From Escherichia phage EAWsc9, in the sequence record PQ341120.1: a DNA stretch of 64,000 bases, one strand, 5' to 3'. Shown piece after piece: positions 39,926 to 50,930 of this stretch (position 1 is the stretch's first letter; every line of letters starts with the position of its first letter). The notes under the pieces are model-generated. The model was not told where the DNA came from. It searched no databases and worked only from the letters and a program-made list of their open reading frames with translations. The position numbers and the translations under genes are program-made.

Positions 39926-40216
39926 TCATTTGCAACGTTCCTCTTTTAGTTCAGAACGATAATAACATAACATACCTTTTTGGTCATGTACATATCTTTT
40001 TACATCATTCATCCAAATCCGGAATTCTTGCGATGCTTCAAAAGGCATACCAACCCAGGCTTGACCCTCAATTACCTTAACTTCCCATTGCTGTTTGTAA
40101 TCAGCCAATGCAACAGGCCAATTGGGATGAACTTGGATTGTGGGCTCCACAACGGGCTTCTGGGCGCATGAAACGAGTCCAATAGCCAAACATACTGCCA
40201 TGATAGATTTCATCAT
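39926..40216 (-). CDS. pseT.2: Outer-membrane spanin (o-spanin) lipoprotein, 96 aa
   Basis: Signal peptide with lipobox (AIGLVSC), several Cys; paired with the upstream i-spanin; GGAG RBS. Confidence 0.8.
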   Translation of the reverse strand: MMKSIMAVCLAIGLVSCAQKPVVEPTIQVHPNWPVALADYKQQWEVKVIEGQAWVGMPFEASQEFRIWMNDVKRYVHDQKGMLCYYRSELKEERCK

Positions 40217-40566
40217 TTGGTGAGCTCCTGGAAGTCCTGGACAAACTTATCAAAAGACTGATTAATCTGTTTTTCAACTAATTTAGGCTTCGCTGCCACA
40301 ACCTTAGTACGTTTTGCATCTGCGCGGAGTTTATCATTTTCCTTCTGCAGAAGTTCAACATATTCCTGGCGCTCCTGGTCAAGGAGATTAATTTGATTAA
40401 TCTGGTCTTTTACTGATTGCAGATTTTTCGCGTTATCTTCTGCAACTTTGGTGACCGCAGCCACCTCTGTCTTGAGATTATCTACTTTTGCTTTTAGATA
40501 GAAACCACTACCAGCAGTTACTACCAGGGCGAGCATAAGCCCTGCAGTGAGATTACTTATTTGCAT
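40213..40566 (-). CDS. pseT.3: Inner-membrane spanin (i-spanin), 117 aa
   Basis: N-terminal transmembrane helix (LTAGLMLALVVTAGSGFYL) followed by a coiled-coil-like periplasmic domain; ATGA coupling to the o-spanin. Confidence 0.8.
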   Translation of the reverse strand: MQISNLTAGLMLALVVTAGSGFYLKAKVDNLKTEVAAVTKVAEDNAKNLQSVKDQINQINLLDQERQEYVELLQKENDKLRADAKRTKVVAAKPKLVEKQINQSFDKFVQDFQELTK

Positions 40567-41060
40567 AACTTGATGATTACCTCAACAATATCATCCTGGG
40601 ATAAACCATTCAGGAGGATGTGATTTGTACTGTCAGATGCTGAAATGCGGAACTGATTACCAACTTCATCCGCCATATCATCCTGGGTTAACACTGGATG
40701 TTTAATTCCCAGGCGGTGTTGAAGTGTCAGGGGTTCAACCACAACATAACAAACACATCCATTGATATGTACATTAGGTTGGGTCTGGTTAATGAACACT
40801 TCTGCATCATATTTAACCAAATGGTTCTTTAAGAATTCAACCATTTCAGGAACAGATTCATGCAGTGCTTCTTTCCGCTCTTCTGATTTTTTATCGCGAT
40901 ATTCTTTTTGTTTCGCCTTCAACTTTTTGTTAGAGGCGAGTTTTTTCCGCAGGTCAGTCATAAGACCAATTTTCTTGGTCCCTTTATAGACATAAATTCC
41001 GTCATGACGGTCACCATATTCATTGACAATCATTTCATTTGAAATCAGTTGCATATCCAT
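40557..41060 (-). CDS. alc: Alc, inhibitor of host transcription on cytosine DNA, about 168 aa
   Basis: Internal ATG with GAGGA RBS gives the T4 Alc size (167 aa); synteny between rnlA and the spanins. Confidence 0.85.
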   Translation of the reverse strand: MDMQLISNEMIVNEYGDRHDGIYVYKGTKKIGLMTDLRKKLASNKKLKAKQKEYRDKKSEERKEALHESVPEMVEFLKNHLVKYDAEVFINQTQPNVHINGCVCYVVVEPLTLQHRLGIKHPVLTQDDMADEVGNQFRISASDSTNHILLNGLSQDDIVEVIIKLCK

Positions 41061-41073
41061 AATATTTTCCTCA

Positions 41074-41307
41074 TTAGTAGCGGTTATAACCCCGGGGACC
41101 AAAAGAGTTGGCACCCAGGCGCTCATCTTTCTTTTTGGCTCTTGCTCTAAACCCAGAATCACCTGTTTGAGCTTTCAGTTCTTTTAACAATTTGGCCTTT
41201 AGGTCAGTAATGAAACCAATCCGGCGGTCTCCCTTATAGACATAGATTCCATCATTTCTGTCACCATATGCCTGTGTAACTCTGTCATTTGTAATTAAGT
41301 TTAACAT
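41074..41307 (-). CDS. Hypothetical small protein, about 77 aa, paralog of the Alc N-terminal domain with a basic tail
   Basis: AYGDRNDGIYVYKGDRRIGFITDLKAKL aligns with Alc NEYGDRHDGIYVYKGTKKIGLMTDLRKKL; first ATG of the track ORF is inside the promoter -10. Confidence 0.5.
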   Translation of the reverse strand: MLNLITNDRVTQAYGDRNDGIYVYKGDRRIGFITDLKAKLLKELKAQTGDSGFRARAKKKDERLGANSFGPRGYNRY

Positions 41308-41330
41308 GTTTTGGTCCGCATCAGTAGTTG

Positions 41331-41372
41331 ATGGAACCATTATGTATAGAAAGAAGGGGCTTGTACACCCCT
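41331..41372 (-). promoter_or_regulatory. Early promoter upstream of the Alc-N paralog, overlapping the rnlA terminator hairpin
   Basis: GTGTACAAG -35-like element within the hairpin and CATAATG -10. Confidence 0.35.
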
Positions 41373-41378
41373 TTTTTA
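41352..41378 (-). terminator. Hairpin after rnlA
   Basis: GGGGTGTACAAGCCCC followed by a T-rich tract. Confidence 0.5.
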
Positions 41379-42515
41379 TTATTCAGGAAGGATTACTTCC
41401 GCTTGGTAGTCCGACGGAATGTAAAGTTTATGATTTTTAAGGAAAACCTTATTGATTTGAGCAATCGTTTGTTCAGTTTCCTGTGGGCGTTGATAGGTGT
41501 TCATTAATACGGAGAACAATCCCGGGTATGGTTTACACAACTCTTGGCCTTTAATCGCAAACTCACGACGGTCTTTTCCTGCTAACTGTTTTTGTGCATC
41601 AAGCAACAATCCCAGTGTATTGGACAGATAATCCAGATGCGTTGCAGTAAAGGCAGTAACTTTTTCACGAGCATAAGTATCGCCAGTAAACATGGCAATA
41701 ACATCATCTGCACCGCCAGCAACAACAACTTCAAACAGTCGCTCATTATTATTAATGGAGTCTTTAGTATGATGCAGAGCACAATACCATTCTGTTTTCA
41801 TCTTGAACTTCTGACCGTTAGCCATCTCATAGACGAAGCCTTCAATCTCTTTCATACCACGAACATTCTCAATGGTTGCCGGGTCATATGCTTCAACCAG
41901 GAAAGGACGGAGTGCAGCATCTTTGAACAGTTCCTGATAAGGAACATATTCACCAGTTTCATTATGGCGAACGTTCAGCAAAATCAGGTCACGTTCCTGG
42001 TAAGGCAAAACAATGCGGTTGGTCGGCGCAACATATTCCATGTTGCATGTATAACCAGCTTCAGTGATTTCAGTCACACGAGCCCTGAATGCACTGCGAT
42101 GTTCTTGTTTAAACACCTGCAAGGATTCAGCTGCTTGGGAGCTTTTGATTGACCCCTTTGATTTAAAGGCGATATTAGTCTGGTCCATATAAGTAGAAAC
42201 CAAGCTACCATCAGCTTTTGCAGTAACCAGGACAACCTCATCAAGGTTAAGGTCCATGGTCATTGGATTCTCACCCAGATTAAAGAATTTTTCCATAGGG
42301 CGAGCAGCAATGCGAACTGGACCATTGTCATCCATTTCAAACATAATGCCACGGCACTCCAGCGCATCATCAAGGAGCCAATCACTATAGGAAGCATAGT
42401 TATAGCTAAAGATGCGGAACTTAGTTTCAAATGGAGAAACAAAATCCGTATAGAAAAACTTACCTTTATCAGATTCGGCGCAAAGCTTCATTAAGTTATC
42501 ATATAATTCAATCAT
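41379..42515 (-). CDS. rnlA: RNA ligase 1, 378 aa
   Basis: FRIFSYNYASYSDWLL.DALECRGIMFEMD as in T4 Rnl1; AAGGTGA RBS; ATGA overlap with denA. Confidence 0.95.
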   Translation of the reverse strand: MIELYDNLMKLCAESDKGKFFYTDFVSPFETKFRIFSYNYASYSDWLLDDALECRGIMFEMDDNGPVRIAARPMEKFFNLGENPMTMDLNLDEVVLVTAKADGSLVSTYMDQTNIAFKSKGSIKSSQAAESLQVFKQEHRSAFRARVTEITEAGYTCNMEYVAPTNRIVLPYQERDLILLNVRHNETGEYVPYQELFKDAALRPFLVEAYDPATIENVRGMKEIEGFVYEMANGQKFKMKTEWYCALHHTKDSINNNERLFEVVVAGGADDVIAMFTGDTYAREKVTAFTATHLDYLSNTLGLLLDAQKQLAGKDRREFAIKGQELCKPYPGLFSVLMNTYQRPQETEQTIAQINKVFLKNHKLYIPSDYQAEVILPE

Positions 42516-42922
42516 TTCTTCACCTTATGTTGGTAATTCCACGGGGGATTAAAAAGCTTGATGAACATCGGCTCTTCCAGAGACATCGTTTCGACTGACA
42601 TCGTACCAAGTTCATTGGTCATTGACAGATTGAAACATTGTCGTGCATAGAATACCACCTTTTTGCCTTCTTGTAAAGCTTCATGTATCATCCGGGATTT
42701 GTTTGAATCACTCGTCTGTTCGATTCGGTTAATTGCAGTCCGGTAATAGTTGATACGCTTCTTAAGGTTGTTCGTCTTACCAATATACACTAGTTCATCA
42801 TCAACTGAAATAGCATAGATAACATTTTTCTTGTTTGCGAGAGTAAGGATAGGGATTTTACCATCGACTAACTCTAACTCCGCGTATTTTATAAAACTGT
42901 ATTCGTCAGCGATTTGTTTCAT
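42512..42922 (-). CDS. denA: Endonuclease II (GIY-YIG family), about 136 aa
   Basis: VIYAI...DELVYIGKT.NL.KRINYYR, FYARQCFNLSMTNELGTM as in T4 DenA; ATG two codons inside the TTG-initiated track ORF. Confidence 0.92.
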   Translation of the reverse strand: MKQIADEYSFIKYAELELVDGKIPILTLANKKNVIYAISVDDELVYIGKTNNLKKRINYYRTAINRIEQTSDSNKSRMIHEALQEGKKVVFYARQCFNLSMTNELGTMSVETMSLEEPMFIKLFNPPWNYQHKVKK

Positions 42923-42929
42923 AGACAAA

Positions 42930-42948
42930 AAGGGCCGAAGCCCTTTCC
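42930..42948 (-). terminator. Terminator after nrdB
   Basis: GGGCTTCGGCCC followed by TTTTTG, immediately upstream of the denA start. Confidence 0.6.
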
Positions 42949-44127
42949 TTATAGATATTTACGGAAACCAGCAAGAACGTTCTCATCGACGTCATTGTCA
43001 ATCTGGGCTACCAGGTAAGCAGACAACTCAACTTCTTGTGGTGCTGATTGCACATTATCAGAGTTAAGATATTCGCGAATCCATGGAATCGGGTGCTTAG
43101 TAGATTCTAACACGATTTCACACGGGAGGCCGCATTGCTTCATACGAGAAACCGTCAGGTAATCGATGAACCGGTTAAGAATCTCGACGCTCAACCCAGG
43201 AAGTCCACCATCTTTAAACAGATGCACGGCCCATTCTTTTTCCTGGCGATTAACTTCCATGAAAATGGCTGCGGCTTCTGCTTCGCATTCGTGTGCGATT
43301 TTAACCCATTCGTCACCGTCAACACCAGTCTGCAGCTGACGAAGAATATATTGGGTTCCCTTAAGGTGGAGCTGTTCATCACGGGCGATGAACTTCATTA
43401 TCTTCGCATTACCTTCCATGATTTCCATGTTCTTATGGAAGTTGAAAGTACAGGCAAAAGATACATAAAAACGAATGGCTTCCAGGGCATTAATGACATG
43501 CAGGCAGAGATAAAGAGACTTCATCAATGCTCGTTTGGCGATAGATTCTTGTTTGACAGCTCGTTCCAAACGTTCGTCCGCTTCGGGAGTTTCTTTAGCC
43601 AGTTCAACAAAAGCAATCTGGTTTTGCCATTGACGAGTTTTATTCAGAACATCATCATAGTAATGACCGATGGATTCTGCGCGCTTCATGATTGCATCAT
43701 CTAACAGGATTTCGTCGAATACCTTCGCCGGGTCCGTATAGAGATTTCGCATTATGTGTGTATAAGAACGAGAGTGAATTGTCTCGCTGAATGTCCAAGT
43801 CTGAATCCAGGTATCAAGACTCGGGTCAGAAACTAATGCGGCTAATGCTGCTGCAGGAGCACGACCCTGGATACTATCCAGAAGCGACTGGTATTTCAGG
43901 TTGTTGGTAAAAATATTTTGTTGATGTTCAGGAAGCTTATTAAATTGGGCTCCGTCCATCATCAGGTTTACTTCCTCTGGACGCCAGAAGAATGATAATT
44001 GCTTTTCTGTTAATTCTTCGAAAACTTTATGACGCTGGATATCATAACGGGCAATCCCCAATCCTGAACCGAAGAACATTGGCTCGGCTAAAACATCCAC
44101 CGGAGTGGTATTAAAAACTGTACTCAT
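42949..44127 (-). CDS. nrdB: Ribonucleotide reductase small subunit, 392 aa, uninterrupted
   Basis: Di-iron/tyrosyl radical protein of R2 length; continuous ORF with GAGGAA RBS; no intron. Confidence 0.96.
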   Translation of the reverse strand: MSTVFNTTPVDVLAEPMFFGSGLGIARYDIQRHKVFEELTEKQLSFFWRPEEVNLMMDGAQFNKLPEHQQNIFTNNLKYQSLLDSIQGRAPAAALAALVSDPSLDTWIQTWTFSETIHSRSYTHIMRNLYTDPAKVFDEILLDDAIMKRAESIGHYYDDVLNKTRQWQNQIAFVELAKETPEADERLERAVKQESIAKRALMKSLYLCLHVINALEAIRFYVSFACTFNFHKNMEIMEGNAKIMKFIARDEQLHLKGTQYILRQLQTGVDGDEWVKIAHECEAEAAAIFMEVNRQEKEWAVHLFKDGGLPGLSVEILNRFIDYLTVSRMKQCGLPCEIVLESTKHPIPWIREYLNSDNVQSAPQEVELSAYLVAQIDNDVDENVLAGFRKYL

Positions 44128-44165
44128 TTTATTTCCTCAATAGCTCATCCATGAGCATAATTATA

Positions 44166-46421
44166 TCAAAGTTTACAGGCAGAGCAGTCTTCTGCTTTAG
44201 GAGCTTCGATTTCGTAATCGTCTGTACCAGAACCATCTCTAGTGTTATGATAATAAAGGTTTTTACCACCAAAATACCAGAAGTACATCAAGTCGTCAAG
44301 CATAACTGACATCGGAACTTTTCCTTTCGGATAATTCTGCGGGTCGTAATAGGTATTGGCTGATGCTGACTGGCAAATCCATTTCAACATAATCGCGACT
44401 TGGGTCAGATAAGGTTTGTTACCTTGCTTAGCTAATACCCATGCGTAATCGTACAATCCTTTATTGTGCTCGATATTTGGAACAACCTGGTTAAAAGAAC
44501 CTTCTTTACTTTCCTTGATACTTACTGGACCGCGCGGAGGTTCGATACCGTTTGTAGAGTTGGAAACTTGACTGCTCGACTCGCAAGGCATGAGCGCAGA
44601 TAAGGTGCTATTACGGATGCCGTGTGCAACCAGGTCTTCCCGCAGCTGCGCCCAGTCACAAACGTAGTTTGGAGCTGCGATTTGGTCAATCTTTTTATTG
44701 TACCAGTCGATAGGTAATTCGCCTCGAGCCCAACGAGTGTCTGAATAATATTCGCAAGGTCCTTTTTCTTTGGCGAGCTTAATTGATGCACGGATAAGGC
44801 CATATTGCAATCTCTCAAATAGTTCATGCGTTAAATCGTTTGCATCGGCATAGGAAGCGAAATTGCTTGCCAACCATGCAGCATAGTTAGTAACCCCGAC
44901 ACCCAAGTTGCGGCGTTTTTTGGCTTTCAGAGCTTCTTTAACCGGATAACCCTGGTAGTCCAACAGATTATCAAGAGCACGAACTTGTACTTCGGCCAGC
45001 TCGTTAATTTTATCTTGGTCTTGCCAGTCAAAACTATCCAGAACAAATGCAGACAATGTACACAATCCAATTTCAGCATCTTCGCTGTTCACATCAGCGG
45101 TCGGGATTGCAATTTCGCAGCAAAGGTTTGATTGACGAATTGGAGCCTTATCGCGGATGAACGGAGTGTAGTCATTCACGTTATCAACGAACTGTGGATA
45201 AACGCGGGCTGTACCGGAACGTTCGGTCATGAATAATTCAAATAAATCTTTTGCTTTGATGCGCTTCTTACGAACCGTCGGGTCTTTTTCCAAGGCTTCA
45301 TATAACTCGCGGAATTTATCCGGGTTATCAAAATATGAATAATACAATTCACCGCCAGCTTCGTGCGGACTAAACAGAGTGATGTAATCATTCTTAGCCA
45401 GTCGTTCCATCATCAGGTTATTCAGCTGGACACCATAGTCCATATGTCTGATGCGGTTTTCTTCAACGCCCTTGTTGTTCTTCAGAACGAGTAAATTTTC
45501 AACTTCCAAATGCCAAATAGGATAATAAGCAGTAGCAGCGCCGCCACGGATTCCACCTTGTGAACATGATTTAACAGCCGTTTGGAAATGTTTCCAGAAC
45601 GGAATAACACCAGTATGCTTGACTTCACCCATGCCAATCTTAGAACCTTCGGCACGAATCATGCCAACGTTGATGCCGATACCTGCACGCTTACTGATAT
45701 ATTCGATGATTGAGTTAGCAGTCTTATTGATTGACTTCAGGGAGTCCGCAGCTTCGATAACCACACACGAACTGAACTGTCTTGTAGGTGTTCTGGCGCC
45801 CGCCATGATAGGTGTGGGCAACGAAATCTGCTGCGTAGATACTGCATCATAAAAACGGCAAATGTGCTTCAGACGGTCCGTTGGTTCATCCTGGTGCAGT
45901 GCCATGCCGATGGCCATGATAGCGAACTGTGGAGTCTCATAGATTTTCCCAGTGGTTTTATCTTTAACCAGGTATTTCTCTTTAAGCTGCATCGCGCCTG
46001 CATAAGTCAGGTCAAAATCGCGTTCGTGCTTAATACGAGATTCCAGGTAAGTAATCTCTTCAGCTGAGTAGCTTGACAACAGCTCTGGGTCATATTTACC
46101 TTCATTAACACAATAAGAAATCTGGTCAATAAAAGAACGTGGCTCAAACTGGCCATAAACATCTTTACGCAGAGCAAACATCGTAGCTTTGGCTGCAACA
46201 TATTGGTAATCTGGTTCTTCAACCGAAATAAGCCCAGCGGATACTTTGATGATAACCGTCTGAATATCGCGAGTAGTCATGCCATCGCGCAGATGTGGTT
46301 TGATTGTTTCGTATAATTCATACGGGTCGATATTAGTTCCTTCACATGACCAGGAAAGAACTTTAATAATTTTCTGGCCATCAAAATCTTGAGATACACC
46401 ACTACTTTTTTGTACTTGCAT
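44166..46421 (-). CDS. nrdA: Ribonucleotide reductase large subunit, 751 aa
   Basis: Class I RNR alpha length and motifs (e.g. SNLCCEI); GAGGAA RBS. Confidence 0.97.
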   Translation of the reverse strand: MQVQKSSGVSQDFDGQKIIKVLSWSCEGTNIDPYELYETIKPHLRDGMTTRDIQTVIIKVSAGLISVEEPDYQYVAAKATMFALRKDVYGQFEPRSFIDQISYCVNEGKYDPELLSSYSAEEITYLESRIKHERDFDLTYAGAMQLKEKYLVKDKTTGKIYETPQFAIMAIGMALHQDEPTDRLKHICRFYDAVSTQQISLPTPIMAGARTPTRQFSSCVVIEAADSLKSINKTANSIIEYISKRAGIGINVGMIRAEGSKIGMGEVKHTGVIPFWKHFQTAVKSCSQGGIRGGAATAYYPIWHLEVENLLVLKNNKGVEENRIRHMDYGVQLNNLMMERLAKNDYITLFSPHEAGGELYYSYFDNPDKFRELYEALEKDPTVRKKRIKAKDLFELFMTERSGTARVYPQFVDNVNDYTPFIRDKAPIRQSNLCCEIAIPTADVNSEDAEIGLCTLSAFVLDSFDWQDQDKINELAEVQVRALDNLLDYQGYPVKEALKAKKRRNLGVGVTNYAAWLASNFASYADANDLTHELFERLQYGLIRASIKLAKEKGPCEYYSDTRWARGELPIDWYNKKIDQIAAPNYVCDWAQLREDLVAHGIRNSTLSALMPCESSSQVSNSTNGIEPPRGPVSIKESKEGSFNQVVPNIEHNKGLYDYAWVLAKQGNKPYLTQVAIMLKWICQSASANTYYDPQNYPKGKVPMSVMLDDLMYFWYFGGKNLYYHNTRDGSGTDDYEIEAPKAEDCSACKL

Positions 46422-46454
46422 GTTTTCCTCTATAGTTCAAAAGGGTTGGGAACC

Positions 46455-46700
46455 TTAAATTGTCTCTGGTAGTTCCGAAGTCATTTCATCATTATATTCT
46501 TCTTCTGACTGGACAGTGATGTCAAAATATGACTGGACGTCACCGGCTGAATCATGACAGTAGACACGTTCATGTCGTTTGGCCAGAAATTTGATTCCGT
46601 CAATAGTGATATAAGAATTTGGCGCAGGTAAATCTTGTTCGGTAAATTGTGGCATTTCAAAAATGACTTCGCCTGACTGGCGTTTAAATCGTAAATTCAT
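46455..46700 (-). CDS. Hypothetical protein, 81 aa
   Basis: GAGAGGAA RBS; promoter-like TATAAT upstream. Confidence 0.6.
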   Translation of the reverse strand: MNLRFKRQSGEVIFEMPQFTEQDLPAPNSYITIDGIKFLAKRHERVYCHDSAGDVQSYFDITVQSEEEYNDEMTSELPETI

Positions 46701-46759
46701 AATTTCCTCTCATTAAATTTTAAATAATTATATCACAGTGCCCTGAAGCGGAATCGTAT

Positions 46760-47059
46760 TTATGCGCCCAAATCCTCGAGCGAAAAGGTGTCTTTGAAAA
46801 GTTTGTTAACGACCAGAGCGATAACATCGCCATGACATGCTTTCGGTTTGCATGTACACGCTAATCGCATTCCGCGAAGGGTTTCAAGGTGTTCTCTTTT
46901 GATTTCACCCGATTTAATCTTTGCTATGAAATATTCTTTAAAGTTCTTTATGTTTTCTTCTCGGGTACCATCTTTGTATGGATTTCCCCACATGGTACCC
47001 CGTTGAATATTCACATCAAAGTCGGATTGATATTTGTTAACAACCCGACAGGCTTTCAT
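46760..47059 (-). CDS. Hypothetical Cys/His-containing protein, 99 aa
   Basis: WGNPY ... CTCKPKACHGDVI motif suggests a small metal-binding fold; nrdA-td intergenic block. Confidence 0.6.
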   Translation of the reverse strand: MKACRVVNKYQSDFDVNIQRGTMWGNPYKDGTREENIKNFKEYFIAKIKSGEIKREHLETLRGMRLACTCKPKACHGDVIALVVNKLFKDTFSLEDLGA

Positions 47060-47120
47060 AGTAGGAAGTTAAGCCCAACCATTACGACCAAAAACAAAAT
47101 ACCGGCAATTTGAATTTTCA

Positions 47121-47317
47121 TTAGACCTCGACAATAAACCAGATAGTCCGATTGAAATCATCATATTCATATGATTTAATCACGCGCATAACATAAAGTT
47201 CTTTACCCTGAACAAAAATAGTTGTTTTCTCTTTAGGCAGTTCATCGAGACTTATATTCATTTTTTCAAACAGCACCTCATTGGTGCTGTATCTATTGTT
47301 TACTATACGAATATTCA

Positions 47318-47318
<1 letters not shown>
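47121..47318 (-). CDS. Hypothetical protein, 65 aa
   Basis: TAATG overlap with the td stop. Confidence 0.55.
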
Positions 47319-49094
<1,776 letters not shown>

Positions 49095-49104
49095 TATATT
49101 TTCC

Positions 49105-49344
49105 TCACGCTTTCTTGGCAACTTTCCAGTCAGCTTTAAATTGGTCAACGTCAGAGTGATGAATCCAGAAACCAGATGAGCTACCATCTTCATAAAGAGG
49201 ACAACCATCGCACTCATCTTTCCAACCCATCGCGCATAAAGTTTCTTCAGCTTTTTCCAGAGCTTCTGGATTGTTACCCTGGATTGTAAAGTACCATTTG
49301 CCTTTAACTTCTGAATCTTTGATGCTTTCACGTTGTAATTTCAT
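49105..49344 (-). CDS. Hypothetical protein, 79 aa
   Basis: GGAG RBS and early promoter upstream; Cys-containing (CAMGW.DECDGC). Confidence 0.6.
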   Translation of the reverse strand: MKLQRESIKDSEVKGKWYFTIQGNNPEALEKAEETLCAMGWKDECDGCPLYEDGSSSGFWIHHSDVDQFKADWKVAKKA

Positions 49345-49383
49345 TTTATTCTCCAGTTTTATTTGGTAGCTCAGTATGGGACC

Positions 49384-49412
49384 ATTATGTCATAGCCCCA
49401 TTTGGTTGTACA
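49384..49412 (-). promoter_or_regulatory. Early promoter for the 49105..49344 gene
   Basis: TGTACAA ... CATAAT, leader GGTCCCATACTGAG...GGAGAATAAAATG. Confidence 0.4.
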
Positions 49413-49419
49413 CTACTTT

Positions 49420-49674
49420 TTAAATTTTATCAAGCCATTTGCCAAGTTTAATCATTTCCTTAGTGGCTTTTTCCATACTTCTGAACTTAACTAATAAAGG
49501 ATATGTATCTACACCCATAACAAGATTGGTTGCAAGGCTGTGCTCACCCACAAGCCATAATGAGTAGGTTTGAACATCCAGACCATAATTTCTGTCTTTA
49601 TGCAAACGCACACCCATCACTTCAAATTGTTCACTGGCTTTTTCCACTGCATCCAGGAAATCATCTTTAGTCAT
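49420..49674 (-). CDS. Hypothetical protein, about 84 aa
   Basis: ATG four codons inside the TTG-initiated track ORF; follows the upstream stop. Confidence 0.55.
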   Translation of the reverse strand: MTKDDFLDAVEKASEQFEVMGVRLHKDRNYGLDVQTYSLWLVGEHSLATNLVMGVDTYPLLVKFRSMEKATKEMIKLGKWLDKI

Positions 49675-49675
49675 A

Positions 49676-50107
49676 TTAGACCCCAAAAGTTGCTTTAATC
49701 AGTGCAATGACTTCTGCCGCATTTTTATGATTTACCTGCACATGAATGGTTTGGGTATCAACAGGTGCATCGCCATCAACTTCTGCCGCATTTTTATGAT
49801 TTACCTGCACATGAATGGTTTGGGTATCAACAGGTGCATCGCCATCAACTTCCAGGAAGTGACAGAATTCCCATCCAGCGAGTTCAAAGTACTCATCAGC
49901 ACCACCCATACTATTCAGGATGGTGCCATCTTTCATTTCAACTTTTTCAACAAAATAATCACCTTCAATATAACACATATCCAGGACTTTGAAGGAATTG
50001 CCATGTTGTTCCATCAACCTGACCATGCACGAATTGTCATCAGGACTATCAGCGATGAATTGTTTTTTGGCAGCGGGGTCTAATACGTAAAATTTACCAG
50101 TTTCCAT
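49676..50107 (-). CDS. Hypothetical protein, 143 aa, containing a perfect 23-aa tandem repeat
   Basis: GAGGAA RBS; internal duplication EVDGDAPVDTQTIHVQVNHKNAA x2. Confidence 0.6.
   Translation of the reverse strand: METGKFYVLDPAAKKQFIADSPDDNSCMVRLMEQHGNSFKVLDMCYIEGDYFVEKVEMKDGTILNSMGGADEYFELAGWEFCHFLEVDGDAPVDTQTIHVQVNHKNAAEVDGDAPVDTQTIHVQVNHKNAAEVIALIKATFGV
49712..49849. repeat. Perfect 2 x 69-bp tandem direct repeat inside a CDS
   Basis: Two identical copies of TTCTGCCGCATTTTTATGATTTACCTGCACATGAATGGTTTGGGTATCAACAGGTGCATCGCCATCAAC, in frame. Confidence 0.9.
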
Positions 50108-50166
50108 TTTAATTTCCTCATATTCAATTGAGGGAACATATTATCATGTCCCCGTTTGTTTGTATA

Positions 50167-50394
50167 CTAAGCTTCAATCAAATTCATATAAAATTTAGTG
50201 TCTTCAGGGTACATACCATCACAATATTCATTTTGCATAAAGCGGGTAATGTCTTCAAGAGGACCTTGGACTTCAATTTGAATACCAAAGACTTCAGTAT
50301 CTTTAATGTAAGTCATACACAAAGAAGGATAACGATTGCGGATAACTTCGTAAGTGTATTCAAAATCAACGATATCAATATTAACCTTAGCCAT
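50167..50394 (-). CDS. Hypothetical protein, 75 aa
   Basis: GAGGAAAATAAA-ATG leader. Confidence 0.6.
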   Translation of the reverse strand: MAKVNIDIVDFEYTYEVIRNRYPSLCMTYIKDTEVFGIQIEVQGPLEDITRFMQNEYCDGMYPEDTKFYMNLIEA

Positions 50395-50456
50395 TTTATT
50401 TTCCTCATGTAGTTGATAGGTCTATAATATCTCAGCCATAGACCTGTTGTAAACTG

Positions 50457-50819
50457 CTATTTGAAAGCTTTTTGTAGAAGTTCAATGATTTGGTCGACGT
50501 TATTAGCATCCACAACACAATTAATAGAAACCGCTCCTGAAGGTGTTTTTGCATAACTAGAGTATTCACGGAAGCAATAAAACTCTTCTTCACTAAGTTC
50601 AAAATAATCATCACCCATGCCATCATCATTATAGATTGCACCATTAGCACAAATGATTTCGGTTACATAATCATAGCCATCTGCGCTTGATATTGATTTA
50701 ACTTCAAACCAACCACCATTTTCTTGGATGATGTCGACCATATTAGCATTTGATGAACTAATATCAATGAAAGATTTAATACGATGCGGGTTGAACTCAT
50801 ATTTTTTGCCGATTTCCAT
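50457..50819 (-). CDS. Hypothetical protein, 120 aa
   Basis: GAGGAA RBS and early promoter upstream; N-terminus resembles that of the 143-aa protein (M..GKKYEF / M.TGKFYVL). Confidence 0.6.
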   Translation of the reverse strand: MEIGKKYEFNPHRIKSFIDISSSNANMVDIIQENGGWFEVKSISSADGYDYVTEIICANGAIYNDDGMGDDYFELSEEEFYCFREYSSYAKTPSGAVSINCVVDANNVDQIIELLQKAFK

Positions 50820-50856
50820 TTTTATTTCCTCAGTTGTTATCAGTAGTTGATGGAAT

Positions 50857-50886
50857 CATTATGCCTTAGCTCAAAGGGCTTGTACA
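50857..50886 (-). promoter_or_regulatory. Early promoter for the 50457..50819 gene
   Basis: GTGTACAAG ... CATAATGATTCCATCAACTACT leader, GAGGAA RBS. Confidence 0.4.
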
Positions 50887-50904
50887 CTACTTTTTGAAAA
50901 TAAA

Positions 50905-50930
50905 AAAAGGGACCCGAAGGTCCCTTTATA
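50905..50930 (-). terminator. Terminator after gene 32
   Basis: GGGACC-TTCG-GGTCCC followed by TTTTTTTATTTT on the minus strand. Confidence 0.75.
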
